Positions 25,496 to 37,327 of a stretch of DNA of 64,000 nucleotides are shown one piece after another; position 1 is the stretch's first letter; every line of letters starts with the position of its first letter. Made by a program: the position numbers and the translations under genes. The stretch is taken from assembly GCA_008632985.1 (NCBI GenBank), contig QPGO01000076.1:1-64000 (forward strand), read 5' to 3'. Source of the DNA: Psammoneis japonica (Eukaryota). The notes below the pieces were generated by a model. It was not told the DNA's origin. It did not search any database and saw only the letters and a list, made by a program, of their open reading frames with translations.

Positions 25496-25983
25496 TCCGG
25501 TAGAAATGGTAGACTACTATTAGCAAAAGCTTGCATGAGACGCTCAGCCTTGATAATACCGGATACTGCCAGCTTGCCTTTGGTTAAATCCTAATCTAGA
25601 AAGTAATTGGCGTCGTGTGAATAACGATTCAGGGGTGAATTGGCAGGCATACTATCCGGTACGTTGTAGACTCTAGAAGTAAAAACTTACATTAGACATT
25701 TACTGTTACGACAGTGCCAAAAAGAGTTAGATTTTTAGGCATGCGTCGTCGGACTAGGACTAGAGTGGGTCTCTAGCTCTACTCTACTAGCTATTAGAGC
25801 TAGAGGTACTTTAGGTAGTAGAGGGATAGGGGGAGCAACAAGAGCGAAAACTTGCCGCCGACAGCGCGCGCGAGTGATCATTGAACGAAAGTTCCCTCCA
25901 CTGCAACAGAAGAGCGATCGGACCGAGCCTTTATATTCGAAACGACATCGAGTCAAACAATACAACAACAACAATCGAACGAC

Positions 25984-27269
25984 ATGGCTTTACGCAAGAT
26001 GCTGCATGTCAGACTTTTTTCTTGTTGGGTGCAACTTATTGCCTGTCGTCAGCGGAAGGATATGTGCTATCGTTGGCACCCGGCAGCAAAAGAACAATAA
26101 TCCCAAGCAGCGCCAACCTCCCAGCGCCGACTCCACCTTTTCAACGTTTCTTGACGACCTTGCCAAGGAAAAACACTAGTGTGCTCACGACAAGGCTCTT
26201 GGGTGCCGAAAGCTTCAAGAGTGATGGCTCTCATGACAATAACGTAGCCGCAAACAGTGATGTTGATGGCATAATGTCGCCGCTGTTGCAATCGCAGAAG
26301 GCGCCGTGGAAGATTTCGTTCCACCACAACTCAAAGGACGATTCGCTGTGCTCGTCATACCATTCCCATTTCGATTGCTCTCATTATTGGAACTTTTAGT
26401 GTTTTAGAAATCGCCGAGAGTCTCAAGGAGCTAAACGAACGGGTGGCGGTAGGCCATGCACACGGCATTACGGTTTGGCCTTTTTGCGTTTGGGTCGAGC
26501 CATGGCGTTTTTCAAATTGTTGCGACACAAGAAACATGCAATCCGAACAACCCGTCGACTGGTGCGGTTCAAATCCAAGGCTTTAGTCAAGGTGGCCAAG
26601 GGAGCTGCCGTCCTCCAGACACAAACAGAAGAACTCGAAGAACGTGCGGGAGAATTAAAACATGTTCTTGGTGGTGGCGGGCAGCACAGCCGTCAGACGG
26701 ATCATCATGACGAGCATAACGCGGGCAGTGCTGGAACAGGTCGTGCAGTTAACACCAACAAAGATGAGATTCAAGCAAAAGCACCGAGAAAAACGAAAAC
26801 AATTCGATCCGTCCTTGTGTCATTTCTAACGTCCACTCAAGTGGCCATCTCCGCAGCTGTTGTTGCTGTGCTGGCTTGTCTAGTTGAAATTATGGACGAT
26901 ATGAAACCAGGAGCGCATCACGGGGCAGCCCTGTTGGCGCTTTCGGAGGTTCACTATCAGATTCGGAGACTCAAAGCGCGAGTCGTCGTTGACGTCGAGA
27001 CGAAACAACGCAAAGCAACCTCTTCTTCTTGGCGTAACATGATACCAATAGGCCCCTTGATTGCCATTGCTGCGGCAATCTATGCCGGTATTGAGATTCG
27101 CCATGATCTCAAGCCGGGAGCTCATCATGGTGTGGCAATCCTGGCCATGGCGGAATTGGTGGAGAACGTCAATCGCTCTCGAATTCTACACCAACTTTCG
27201 GCAGACAAGATCAAGCTTGAGAAGAAGGACGCCGTCGGTCAATCGGCCGCAGCGTTTGGCACTTCATGA
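25984..27269 (+). CDS. Uncharacterised membrane protein with three His-motif hairpins (GHAHG / GAHHG / GAHHG); frameshifts in 5' part
   Basis: ORF 26475-27269 has D.KPGAHHG.A.LA..E twice; an upstream frame gives VGHAHGITV.AFLRL. Start uncertain. Confidence 0.6.
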
Positions 27270-28521
27270 ACACAGGAACGCGGGAGATGCTGGAAGGAAT
27301 GAGCCACAAATCAAATTCGTCCGAGCGTGAGACGTTGAAACAAGGGCGTCACGCCCACTCCAACAAGTTTTGTCGATGATTGTAATTTTCAATGTTATTC
27401 AAACAACGAGCGAGACTAGAGTATTCGGGATGGTGACATCAAGAGTACTGTTACTACAACTTGAGACGACGTAGGTTTTACTTTAGTCAGGAGAAACTAT
27501 TTTTTATGATGATGCACGTTTTGGGCTTGTTCCCACACCTGATGCTTTTTGTGAGAGCCGTAACTGCATAATGAGTTGACGCAACTTTGAAGCTATTACT
27601 CGTGATTAGAGACAAGGTTCCTGCAGTCAACACAGCAATTACAACACTGCACCGACAGCAGAAACTATAGAATAGCTGCCATAGCACGAAACTTGCACTG
27701 CTCATTACACACTTTACGCATCCACTTCTGTGCGTATCTAGAGAATCAAGCTCTGTTGTGTCAAAACCGGTAGGCGATGCGTTCCTCGGCCCGCGACTGT
27801 TCAAAAGGATTCGGTGTTGCTTTATTTTGCTCCGTCGAGCCCACGACACTTCAGCTGGATCCACTAGGTAGTGTTCCTGCAGGTTACTTCATGAAGTCAA
27901 AAAAAGCGAGCAGAGTATTATGATTTATTTTGCAGTACATGCTGAAAGTAAGGATCAGTTGTAGCTGCAACTTCAAGCATATAGATAGGCAGCCTTGAAA
28001 TCGAGCAAGTGCAGCCAATCATGAATCTTTCTCTTCTTGCGACAGCGCATTGTCAGCGACCCACGCTTTAGTGCGGGCTAGATATTATGGCTTTTCGGGT
28101 TCAGTCGAGATCATATTCATATGCTTTTGAGCAAGTTTCAGATCTACCGGTAGTGAACGACTATAGTCAATGATACTTAGTAAGAACAATGCATATAACT
28201 CAGGCAAGCATTTGGGAGTAGACAATCTACAAAGTGCATGCAAAAACGAAGCCAGAATCACGGCCATTTGGATTATATCACCTCTTGCACCGACTGGAAC
28301 CACACTTCCATTAGCCGACAAGGCTACAGAATTGGGATCTCCGATTGAATTCCGTGTGTCGATTCTCTAGCTTCTTCTTTGCCGGAGCTTTTACGAAATC
28401 CCCAGTCTCGTCAACATGACAAAGCTCAACGGAGAGTAAACAACTCAAAATCTAAATTATGATGATAACTAGCCGACTATCTGCTCTGAACGGCGACAGG
28501 CAACAGCGCAGTTCAACTATT

Positions 28522-29394
28522 CTATTTCACATGATGTGTGCGCAATGTTGCTCCCTCCATGATGTTATCCTGTAACCACGTAATGACTCCCACCAAACAG
28601 GGATCCGGCAAAAGCTCTTGGGCCGTGCGTTCCATTTCTGCTTGATCCATCTCGATTGGATTTGCAATCGATTCCAAAACCTTGTCCACGCTTTGTGTGG
28701 CGTGAGTAGCACTAACCATGACATCTACAATCTCAAATATGGGAATCTCGTGCATTGGATATAACGGAGGAAGCTCAACGTGAAGCAAGATGTGAGCAGT
28801 CGCTTGTACACAATCAATGCACAAGTCCTCCAATGTCATTTGGTACGAAAAGCTTAGATTTGGAGCATTAGATATATCGTCCCCAGTTTCACGTTTTTCA
28901 CAGAGTTCTTCGTAGCAGCACGAATCATCCATTAATATCTCATCACTCCAAATGGCCTGAAGAGCTAGTATTTCTTCGAATTGCTGGTCTTTGCATTCCG
29001 CAAGTTGTTCTGCCGTTGCATGAGAAATACTCGCCACAGAATTACTACTACTTGATGATTTTCTCGTTTGTTTCAACTCAAGAGCCATAGCCTCGAGTCG
29101 CGTCGCTGCCAAACCAACAGTTTCTACAGGAGCATTTCGTTCTGCTCGCTCTCTTTCTCTTGCAGCCGCAATGGCAGCCGACGCCTTGGCATCTGCTCGT
29201 TCTTTCCGACGAAGGGCGGCTTTGCTTAAATCATCGCTCGAGTTATTATTTGCATGTTTGGCAATAAACTTTTCCGTCAAATTCTTTTTGGGTGGAATCT
29301 TTTTAGCTTTGTTTGTATTATTGGGAGTATCGCCTCCTACTTTGGCCTTGGCTTCAGCCCAAGTTAGATGCGTACACGACTTGCGAGCGGCCAT
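28522..29394 (-). CDS. RWD-domain protein
   Basis: QFEEILALQAIWSD ... LHVELPPLYP...PIF ... DPCLVGVITWLQDN; likely start MAARKS at 29394. Confidence 0.75.
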   Translation of the reverse strand: MAARKSCTHLTWAEAKAKVGGDTPNNTNKAKKIPPKKNLTEKFIAKHANNNSSDDLSKAALRRKERADAKASAAIAAARERERAERNAPVETVGLAATRLEAMALELKQTRKSSSSSNSVASISHATAEQLAECKDQQFEEILALQAIWSDEILMDDSCCYEELCEKRETGDDISNAPNLSFSYQMTLEDLCIDCVQATAHILLHVELPPLYPMHEIPIFEIVDVMVSATHATQSVDKVLESIANPIEMDQAEMERTAQELLPDPCLVGVITWLQDNIMEGATLRTHHVK

Positions 29395-29580
29395 TTTGCT
29401 GTCATGGTCTCTCGAAGGATGAGACGATAATAGCGGCGGCGCTGAAGAACCAATACACACTGTAACGGCACTGATTACATAATATACAGTGCTTAATATG
29501 GGCATTCAGTGTTGGAGGGAAATTTCGAGTTTGAAGTTTCAGATTCAAGATCGTTTAGGATTCTGGAGTTGCCAATTTTG

Positions 29581-29626
29581 CAACAATAGCAACAACAACA
29601 ACAACAACAACAACGACATCAGCAAC
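29581..29626. repeat. (CAA)n microsatellite
   Basis: caacaatagcaacaacaacaacaacaacaacaacgacatcagcaac. Confidence 0.9.
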
Positions 29627-29682
29627 GTATTATAGTATACACACTGCAATTGCAGTGGAAGTTTTTGTAACCTTATCGCAGG

Positions 29683-30846
29683 ATGCGGCCCATGCTCCAT
29701 TCTCTTCATGAGAAACGGCTGATGTGTTTAAATGCGGTTCGCTCCATGGTGTGGAGTGTGGAGGCCCCGTGGACAGATGCAATCACGGATTTAATGCAAG
29801 TCAATGAAACCTTTGTTTCGAAAAAACAGCACTGCTGTGACTCCACAGGACAAGCTGTTAAGCTGCTCAAGGACCTATGGGAAGAGTACAGTTCCACCTT
29901 CGATCTCTCCACTCCAACACTACTTTAGGAGCGTGTCTTTGGCTGCCCCTGCGACAATGGTCCTCCCTGCGACAAATGGTCCTCCCTCTGCCAACTGTTG
30001 GACACTTATAAATCATTCGCCCGCCGTCCATCACGCACAATACGGCCACTGTGAGAGCCGAGCAAGTTTATGATTGCCGAGGCAATCCAAGTCATGTATA
30101 GCAATACGACCGCATAAGACAACAATATATTTGTGGAGGAATGCAGGCTGTTCAAGCAATTGAAAACTACGAATAGTAGTGTGAAGGTGGATGCAATAGG
30201 AAAGCTGACGCGACAGCGGGTCCTGTGTCGTTTGTGGATCAAGTGCGCCGCTCAAATAATGGACCTTCATGCAGTGACTGCGAACTGGAAAACATTGTTT
30301 GATGGAAAATTGTGGAACCATCAGGTTTTTTGCACCCTCATGCCGACACTATCTGCAAGGCCTTTCAACACGATCCATCGTCCCTTATTGCACCAACAAG
30401 CACGCATGCGCCACGGACGGCGTCATTCTTTCGCTGTGGTTCGTACTATCCGTGCCGAGACATTCACACTACGTGCCGCATTATATATTGTGGGGCCTAC
30501 CATTGCGCGACATTAATTGGTTCTGTACTTTCCGCGAGTGCTAACAATAAGGTGCGGAGCTGGCGGCGGGCAACCGAAAAATTTCAAATTACGGAGACGG
30601 AAATGCTGTGGTGGCGGATTCACTCTGTATTATGGAGGTATACAAGATTGCACACACGTCAGGGCCCTGTTGAACCCTCCAGACATATGGCTTTCAAATG
30701 AACACAAAAAGTTGACGAAAGACAATATTGATGATTTGCGTATTGCTACTCCAAAAAATGGTAACGTTGCGGTTACGTGGTTACGTCCCGACAATTGTAC
30801 ACTGCGAGATCTTGCCAGGATTCAAAAGAGCGCAATAAATCACTGA
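29683..30846 (+). pseudogene. Fragmented coding-like region of unknown function
   Basis: Successive + ORFs (81, 127 and 109 aa) with protein-like composition, broken by stops; no motif recognised. Confidence 0.3.
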
Positions 30847-30999
30847 TTCCTGGTGTTGACGTTTCGTCCAAGGAAAGCATGCTTGAGCCGCGTCCACTAC
30901 TCTACTAGTAGAGTTGCTGACCGCCGCTTCACCGAGTCCAGAACTTGAACCGGGTCGCTCCTACTAGTAGTTGCTGGAATTGCTCCACCAAGTACCAAA

Positions 31000-32760
31000 T
31001 ATGTTGCCATCCCCGGAACAATAGGGGTTGCAGTACGAGCCGTAAGATGGATTCTAATAGGTTAGCGCGAAGCTATGTCATACAAAAAAGAGGTTGCGAG
31101 CGAATAAATAGCGAATGGTAATTCTCTGTAAATGTGGATACTCACTTCTGACGACGTAATTAGTAGTACACTTTCCCACATAACAATACACACTCTACGA
31201 TAGGAATAAATAAGTACTCCCGTCTATGCCACATGGGCCCCCAAGGCCTCACCTCCGGATGGAGGGAGCGGGAAGTTTTCTATAGTTACCTTCTATCTTA
31301 TAAATCCAAACCTCCATTCGCCCTTTACAACTTCCACCAAAATTAATGAATCTCTCGCATTGAAACAAACTTCCGCTTTCCGCACACGGGATCGTCGTGT
31401 TCTTCAACCGCCGTGATCATAAACAAAGTACCAGGTCGAAAAAGAATTTCCGACTCACTCTTGAATTTGGATTTTTTCGTCACGTTCACACCCGTTCGAC
31501 TTTCAATCTTGAATAGTGCATTCTTGCTTACACCAAATTTACAATAAGCAACATGCTTTCTCAGAGAGGTACTCAAAAAAGCCGGGTCCATGAAGGTGGC
31601 TCCAGGACGCAACGAATTGAAACGCGCTCCACTGATGTTGGTACCCCGGTGGACTGTACCTTGAAACACTGGACAATCCCGCGACTTGCCCATTGCCTTG
31701 ATAACAGCATCCACACGGGCTTTTATTTCCGGGCTCAACTTTCCAGAGCGCAAAGCGGAATTCATCTGCTTGTAGCCACCACCCGTGTAATCCTTCATTG
31801 CCTTTTTGTCAGTCTTATTACGATCGAATGTCAGCCGTTTCTTGACAGCGTTTTTCAAAAGTGCCAGCGCTCGCTTTCGTGCCGACTTGACTGCTTTCCT
31901 CTCCATCAAACGAGCCTTCAATTCCCCCACGACATCGATCCGTGCGAATGCGAGCTTGATCCAAAAGTGCAATTCCCGAATTTTTGAAAGCATCGCCTGC
32001 CTACGAGCTTCTTCACCGCCATTGTACGTGACAATCTGTTGAGAGATACAAGGAGACAACGAGTTTGTGAGTTTCTTTTGGACAGACGACAGGACAAAAC
32101 GAACGAAAAACGTAAAGAACAGATAGGTCGAGACGTCCATCTCTAACGGTCCAAACACAAAGGTTTGGTGAGGCGTCCGCTGAGCCGCAAAAGTTTGGGG
32201 GGGGAGGTAGCAAGTCGTTTTTCAACCCAGTCCTGACTCAAGGATTCTGGATCAATTCTCGATTGACGTACGAGGAGAACGTGATATTTGTGTAGGTGGG
32301 CCGCACCCGACGAGCATCAAAAGTAGAAACTCCTCGTCCTAATCCAACACATTCTTTTTAGAAAGCACCAGCGTCGTTACCCGCTGGCCCGCCGTATCAG
32401 TGTCGAACGTTCGCACCGCCATTGTCTTTCCGTGTAATCACAGACGAAAGAGCAACGGTCAGCACTGACTTCCCTTCACAAAGCGCCTGATGAACGAGAA
32501 GTGAGAACAAAAGTCGTGTTGTTTTCCGTGTTGATGGAGAGAGCGATGAAAAGCGCGAGCTTCGTATTGGGGCTGTTTGATTTTTGTGAGTGACACATTT
32601 GCCCGTTGCGTCCTGGTAGGAGAACTCTGTAGAATGGACATCACGATTCATTGCGCTCGCCAAGTTTTTCCGCACGAGCTGACGTCACATTCAATTTGAG
32701 TTGATTAATTGGACTTAAATCATCCGTCTGGCCTTGTCGGGTTCGGCGGCCGCCACATCT
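31000..32760 (-). repeat. ~1.8 kb ART-containing unit, direct-orientation duplicate of 12410-14200
   Basis: Continuous alignment from AGCCGTAAGATGGATTC to CTGGCCTTGTCGGGTTC; no TIR/TSD seen. Confidence 0.9.
31343..32158 (-). CDS. Cholera-toxin-like (R-S-E clade) mono-ADP-ribosyltransferase of the VIP2/C3/ART type
   Basis: YT...Y..MNSALR helix, V(H)RG catalytic Arg, FLSTS, LFKI, ESEILF (E-x-E). Probable intron ending CTCAC...CAACAG at 32036, so the true start is uncertain. Confidence 0.85.
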   Translation of the reverse strand: MFGPLEMDVSTYLFFTFFVRFVLSSVQKKLTNSLSPCISQQIVTYNGGEEARRQAMLSKIRELHFWIKLAFARIDVVGELKARLMERKAVKSARKRALALLKNAVKKRLTFDRNKTDKKAMKDYTGGGYKQMNSALRSGKLSPEIKARVDAVIKAMGKSRDCPVFQGTVHRGTNISGARFNSLRPGATFMDPAFLSTSLRKHVAYCKFGVSKNALFKIESRTGVNVTKKSKFKSESEILFRPGTLFMITAVEEHDDPVCGKRKFVSMREIH

Positions 32761-32769
32761 CACGCATCG

Positions 32770-35700
32770 CATCCACCATGACATCAACATGTGGCCGAGT
32801 TTTGCGAACAGTGATGCCAACAAGACTGCATGTGATCCACGCATGTCATGTTCTAGAGCAAATGTCAGAGGGCAGGTGCTTTGGAGTTTTCAAATCAACT
32901 GAAACACAGAGGGAGCACATCAGCAGGAGAGAGGAGATGTTTTTTGTCACTCGAAAAGAGCTCTGGGGGGGGGGCTTTGGCTGCTGCTGCATGTGTGCAG
33001 TTGCTTGTAATTTGCACACTTCAATGCTGTGCATGAAGGGTCCGCCAATGTTGTTCATGTTGCTGGAAGAGATTGTGTGGTGTGATGCCAAAGTTGACAG
33101 AGCATGTTGTGTGTGCGGCAATGCAGATGAGAGCTTTGGAAGAGGAGCCAAGCTGTTCATGTCATTGGTGTCAGCAGCCAGTTTGTGAAGTCTTTTTGTC
33201 ATTCTGAGGACTCCTCCCAAGCATTGAGGATCCTTTTGGCCAACTTGAGCTGTTGCAACAACAGCTTCTGTGGTGCCAGGTGTGTTGCAAATGAGGCAGC
33301 AATGGAGAGTCATGAACTCAGCACTTCCAAAGCTGTGAGCATGACCAAAGGACAAGGAGCAGCGCAGGGCATGGGCTTGGTTTTTCAAGCATTGCCTGTG
33401 GTCCACCAGAGATTGCCAATGCCCTCAGATTGCTGTCATCATGTTGGTTGGCACCACCACCCTTTCACTCTGGAGTTTAGAAGATGCTGAAGTTTGCTGC
33501 TGTTGGGGACAAGGTTGTGTGGGACCACAAAACCACAAGGTTGGTTTTGCAGAGCTCAGCTGTGCTTCCCAAAGTGTCACCTGGGAGACAGATTGGTTGG
33601 CATCATCCTGGGGTCTTTTTGCTGCAGAGTTTGGAAGCTCAAATCTGCCACTGCTGGCAACAAGGTGGCACGGGGCCACAACACCACAAAAGGTCAACAA
33701 CCTCCATCTGCCCCCCCCCGCGCAGGAATTGCCAGTGCCCTCAGCTTGCTGTTGTCAGGTTGGGCAAGGCTGCTGCAGAGCGCAAGGTGACATGTGGTGC
33801 CACAAAACCACAAGATCAGCCCAGTGATGTGCTCAACAATGCCTCTCAAAGTGTTGCCTGGGGTCTGCCAAAGACTGCCAGTGCTCACAGCTTGCTGTTG
33901 TCAGGTTGTTTGGTGCTGTTGTGGGGTTCCTGCAGTCAAGTTCAGGCATTGTTTAAGTCCACTGTTTAGTTGAGAACAAGGTGACATGGGGCCAAAAAAT
34001 GATCATGTCACAAGATCAGCCTTTTGCGATGCTCAGCCACAGCTCTCAAAAGCACCACCCAGTTGAGAAAAACACCAGGTGCAACTTGATCAGGAAACAT
34101 CCAACTCCTTTTTTATGAAGACAAAAATCATTTTGAAGAAGGCAGTCAAATGGCTGACAGCTCAACATGTTTTTCTTGGTGCTGGTCTGCACAGTTTCTC
34201 TGCAAAATGACTCTGCAATGCAGAAGATTCCTGCTGAAAAAAAAAAAACAAAAAAATGAAAAATCTTAAAATCACCAGGTGCATCAACAGTTGGCGATGA
34301 TGGCAGCACATTGTGCTCAGCGCCAAATGTGAAAATGCTTGCACAGTGGCATGTGGTCTCAGGTGCAGATGGTGCTGTGGCTGGGGCTGACCCATTGTGC
34401 TCGTGTGAAAGACAACCCAGTGTGCAGATGTGTTGTGTTGAGGTTGAACAATGTCTGTGCATTTCATCTGGTGCAAAAGACAACTTTGCAGCTGAGTTTT
34501 TCCAAAGAAAAAACAAGAGAAAGCACACAAAGAAGAAATGGTGTGACACCAGAGAGCCCCACTTCTCCAGCAACAACTGGGGGGCTGGCTTGTGAGCTGG
34601 GCACTGAACTGCAATGCTGTGACACCAGGCATGTGCAAGGCTTTTTTTGCATCATCACAAAGGTGTGTGGACACAGTGCTGAGCACCCAGCCCTGCTTGT
34701 TTGCTGTGTGGGGCAATGCACTGTGTTTCATTGTGGCAACCTCCAAATGGCAAGAATGAGGGGTTGCATTCTTGCAAAGAGCACCGGCAGTGGTTCTCTC
34801 ATTGCTGACACAATGGGCTGCCCCCCAGACATGAGAACTTTCCTGTGGGTGTCTTTCACAAAAAGCGAAGCTTGCCCTGCCTTTTGAAACACACAAGCCT
34901 TTGCCATCAGCTGCAGCGGCACCCATTTTGATGACTCAATGTCTTTTTCCTCTGCACCAGCTGACGGCGGTTTATGAAAAATTGGCTTTTGGTGTTTTGG
35001 CTGTGAGTTTTGCCCCCCACAAAGTTTTTGTGGGCTTTCTGTTGTTGTCTTGTTGTGGGTCTTTTAGCAAACCAAGCCTTCACAGCCGCACATTTTCTTT
35101 CTGCCTCCAGGCAGCCTTACCCAGCTGAGATGCCACACACATGTGCAAGGGCACTGCACCCAGCGTCACTTCACATTGTCTCTCCCCCCCTCACTGCGCA
35201 CCTTTGTCTGTTGAGCAATGCTGCAAAGCTTGCTTTTGCTTCCACTGTGTTTGCAGGAACAACGCAGCAGCTGCAGGCTGCACACTTTGCTGCCTGGGTG
35301 CAGCTTCTTTGACTTTGACAACTCAAACCTGGGGGGGGGGGGGAGCACAGCTGGCACAGTGAAAGCCTCTCTCTCTCTCTCACACACACACACACAAGCA
35401 AGCAAACAAACAAACAAATGAACAAAATTGGCAAAGCCCATTCTTTTTTTGTCAAATGTGACAAACAAGTGGACAGAAAGCAGCCAAGGTGAAGCCAACT
35501 TGGTCAGATCTTTACCCAACTGATTGGCAAATGGCAGGCACAACAGCATTGGCCAAAGTCAGGAGTGAAGTTTTCGTGGGGGCTTCATCAGCTGCTGCCT
35601 GCTGCTGTTGTTGACGTGTGGTGGTGGTTGAGGCTGTTGTGTCAAACAGATCCAAGGTGCAGCTGTTGCTGGGGGGGAGGACAGATGGGTGGATTCGAAG

Positions 35701-35830
35701 GACTGGTTTTCAAATCTGTCGCGGGTCAGTCCTCTCTCTCGTGATGCGGCTCCTCTCTAGCCCACCAGAGAGCAGCAATAGTCTGCTGCCAGCAGCTCCA
35801 GACACAGAGAGCACAGTGGGTCTAGAGAGG
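32770..35830. other. TpA-depleted hypermutated block 2
   Basis: Very few TA; Tyr-poor overlapping ORFs; contains the 33410-34050 repeat and a (CT)n(CA)n run at about 35366-35396. Confidence 0.85.
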
Positions 35831-36008
35831 GTACAACTGGTCATTTTGGTGCAGTCGAATGAGCAATCTGAACAGAACAACGCACAAGAACTAGCCGAAG
35901 CTAAAGTGTAGTGTGATCAATCCCTCTCATTTTAAAAGTTGGCTTTAGCACACTTATTATCAAGAAGTAAACTCTAACACAATGGTCAGACAGCAAAACA
36001 TAGCAGAC

Positions 36009-36962
36009 TCAGCTTTGAGACATCATTCCTGTTGCCATGAGATAAATTCCGGACAGCAGCCATAGGTAAAAGAAAGCCGCATTACTCCACTGCGTCAACC
36101 AGAAATATTTGCAAGGAATGCTAGGCTTTCCAATCTTATCCATCTCAATGTTGATGAGGGGGTGTAGAACCTTGTAAAGCACAAGGTAGAAACCGAGAGC
36201 TGCAGTCTGATAGGCTGTGATAGCTGGCGTGTTGTTGAACGCCACACTCGAGAGGGATCCAAATTGAAGCATGAGCAATAGTCCAAATGTGCGAACAATC
36301 CCAATGCCTGCGAAATCCACACTTTTTGTGTATCCCCATAGTTCTAGTGCGTTGCTGGGTCTGCAGAGAAAAATCAGTCCGACCAAACTCCAACCGGCAC
36401 AATATGCCTTGACAAGAACATCCCTGAATGATTCGCGAGTGTCTTGATTGAGACACCCATAGGCAACGACTGCATTGACTAAAATGTCAAACTTGACTCG
36501 AGCTGTCGACAATCCCACAGCTCTTGCATCCCCTTTGATTAATGTTCGAAGATTCTCAAAAAGCCAGACAAGAGAGGAACATCCCACGGCAGTCGCTAGA
36601 GTTGTGTCTTCCCAAAAAATACACCAGTATCCGACGAAAAGAGACAAGAGACCCTTCCCAATGGCGTTGCACCACCACACGTGAAACGGAGAGCTTGGGA
36701 CGCCATACATGGTGGCGACTTTTTCGGGAGCGGCCGTCACAAAAATACCTTCAAAAAGCGCAAGGAGTACATGAACCCTTGGCAAAGCAACGGGATCAAG
36801 GCCTTTTGCAAAGGTTTCTGGCTGAAAGTCATCAATCGCTCCGCCTCTTAATTCCACAAGCGTTGCTTTGCTCTTTGTCGGGAGAAACGACGTATGGACT
36901 GCATTTGCTCCACAAAGAAGTTTCGAAAGGGCCAGCACGAAGAGAAAAATACCGCTCTTCAT
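36009..36962 (-). CDS. Signal peptide + 'LRGG' motif multipass membrane protein of unknown function
   Basis: MKSGIFLFVLALSKLLCGANA signal, VELRGGA, then about 7-8 hydrophobic segments with an internal duplication (APEKVATMYG / RPSNALELWG). Confidence 0.7.
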   Translation of the reverse strand: MKSGIFLFVLALSKLLCGANAVHTSFLPTKSKATLVELRGGAIDDFQPETFAKGLDPVALPRVHVLLALFEGIFVTAAPEKVATMYGVPSSPFHVWWCNAIGKGLLSLFVGYWCIFWEDTTLATAVGCSSLVWLFENLRTLIKGDARAVGLSTARVKFDILVNAVVAYGCLNQDTRESFRDVLVKAYCAGWSLVGLIFLCRPSNALELWGYTKSVDFAGIGIVRTFGLLLMLQFGSLSSVAFNNTPAITAYQTAALGFYLVLYKVLHPLINIEMDKIGKPSIPCKYFWLTQWSNAAFFYLWLLSGIYLMATGMMSQS

Positions 36963-37327
36963 TCTCAATAGTTTCTCTGATTTCTTGAAAAGACCACGTA
37001 TTCTTACCAAAGTGGTAGAAGCAATTAAAATAGTGTCGAGACAACCCTTCCGCTTCTTGTTTTGACACATGCGTTGAGTGTGATGGGAAGTTGAGGTATC
37101 ACCGATCACTTTTTGATCCTCGGCCGATGATGTCAGTGCGCGCATTATTTGTCGCGCGTGGTACGTACGCACGCAGAAGGACCACGGACAGACCATAGTA
37201 CCAAGGGGGAGTTTAGTTGCACCATCTCGCTCGCGATTTAGGTTCTGCTTCTTGTGATCCAACTCTACTAAAGGTAGTTTACAGGTATCGTACTCTATAG
37301 TAATACATGGTAGAGGCTTAATTACTG

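Noticed and set aside
27487..28370. Short ORFs between the His-motif and RWD genes
   Set aside because: No recognisable motif and multiple stops; cannot support a gene call.
31343..32158. The ART as the DNA-modifying enzyme behind TpA conversion
   Set aside because: E-x-E suggests protein Arg specificity (guanine-modifying pierisin/scabin have Q-x-E; thymidine-modifying DarT is a different clade), and the gene is itself a target. There is no evidence beyond proximity.
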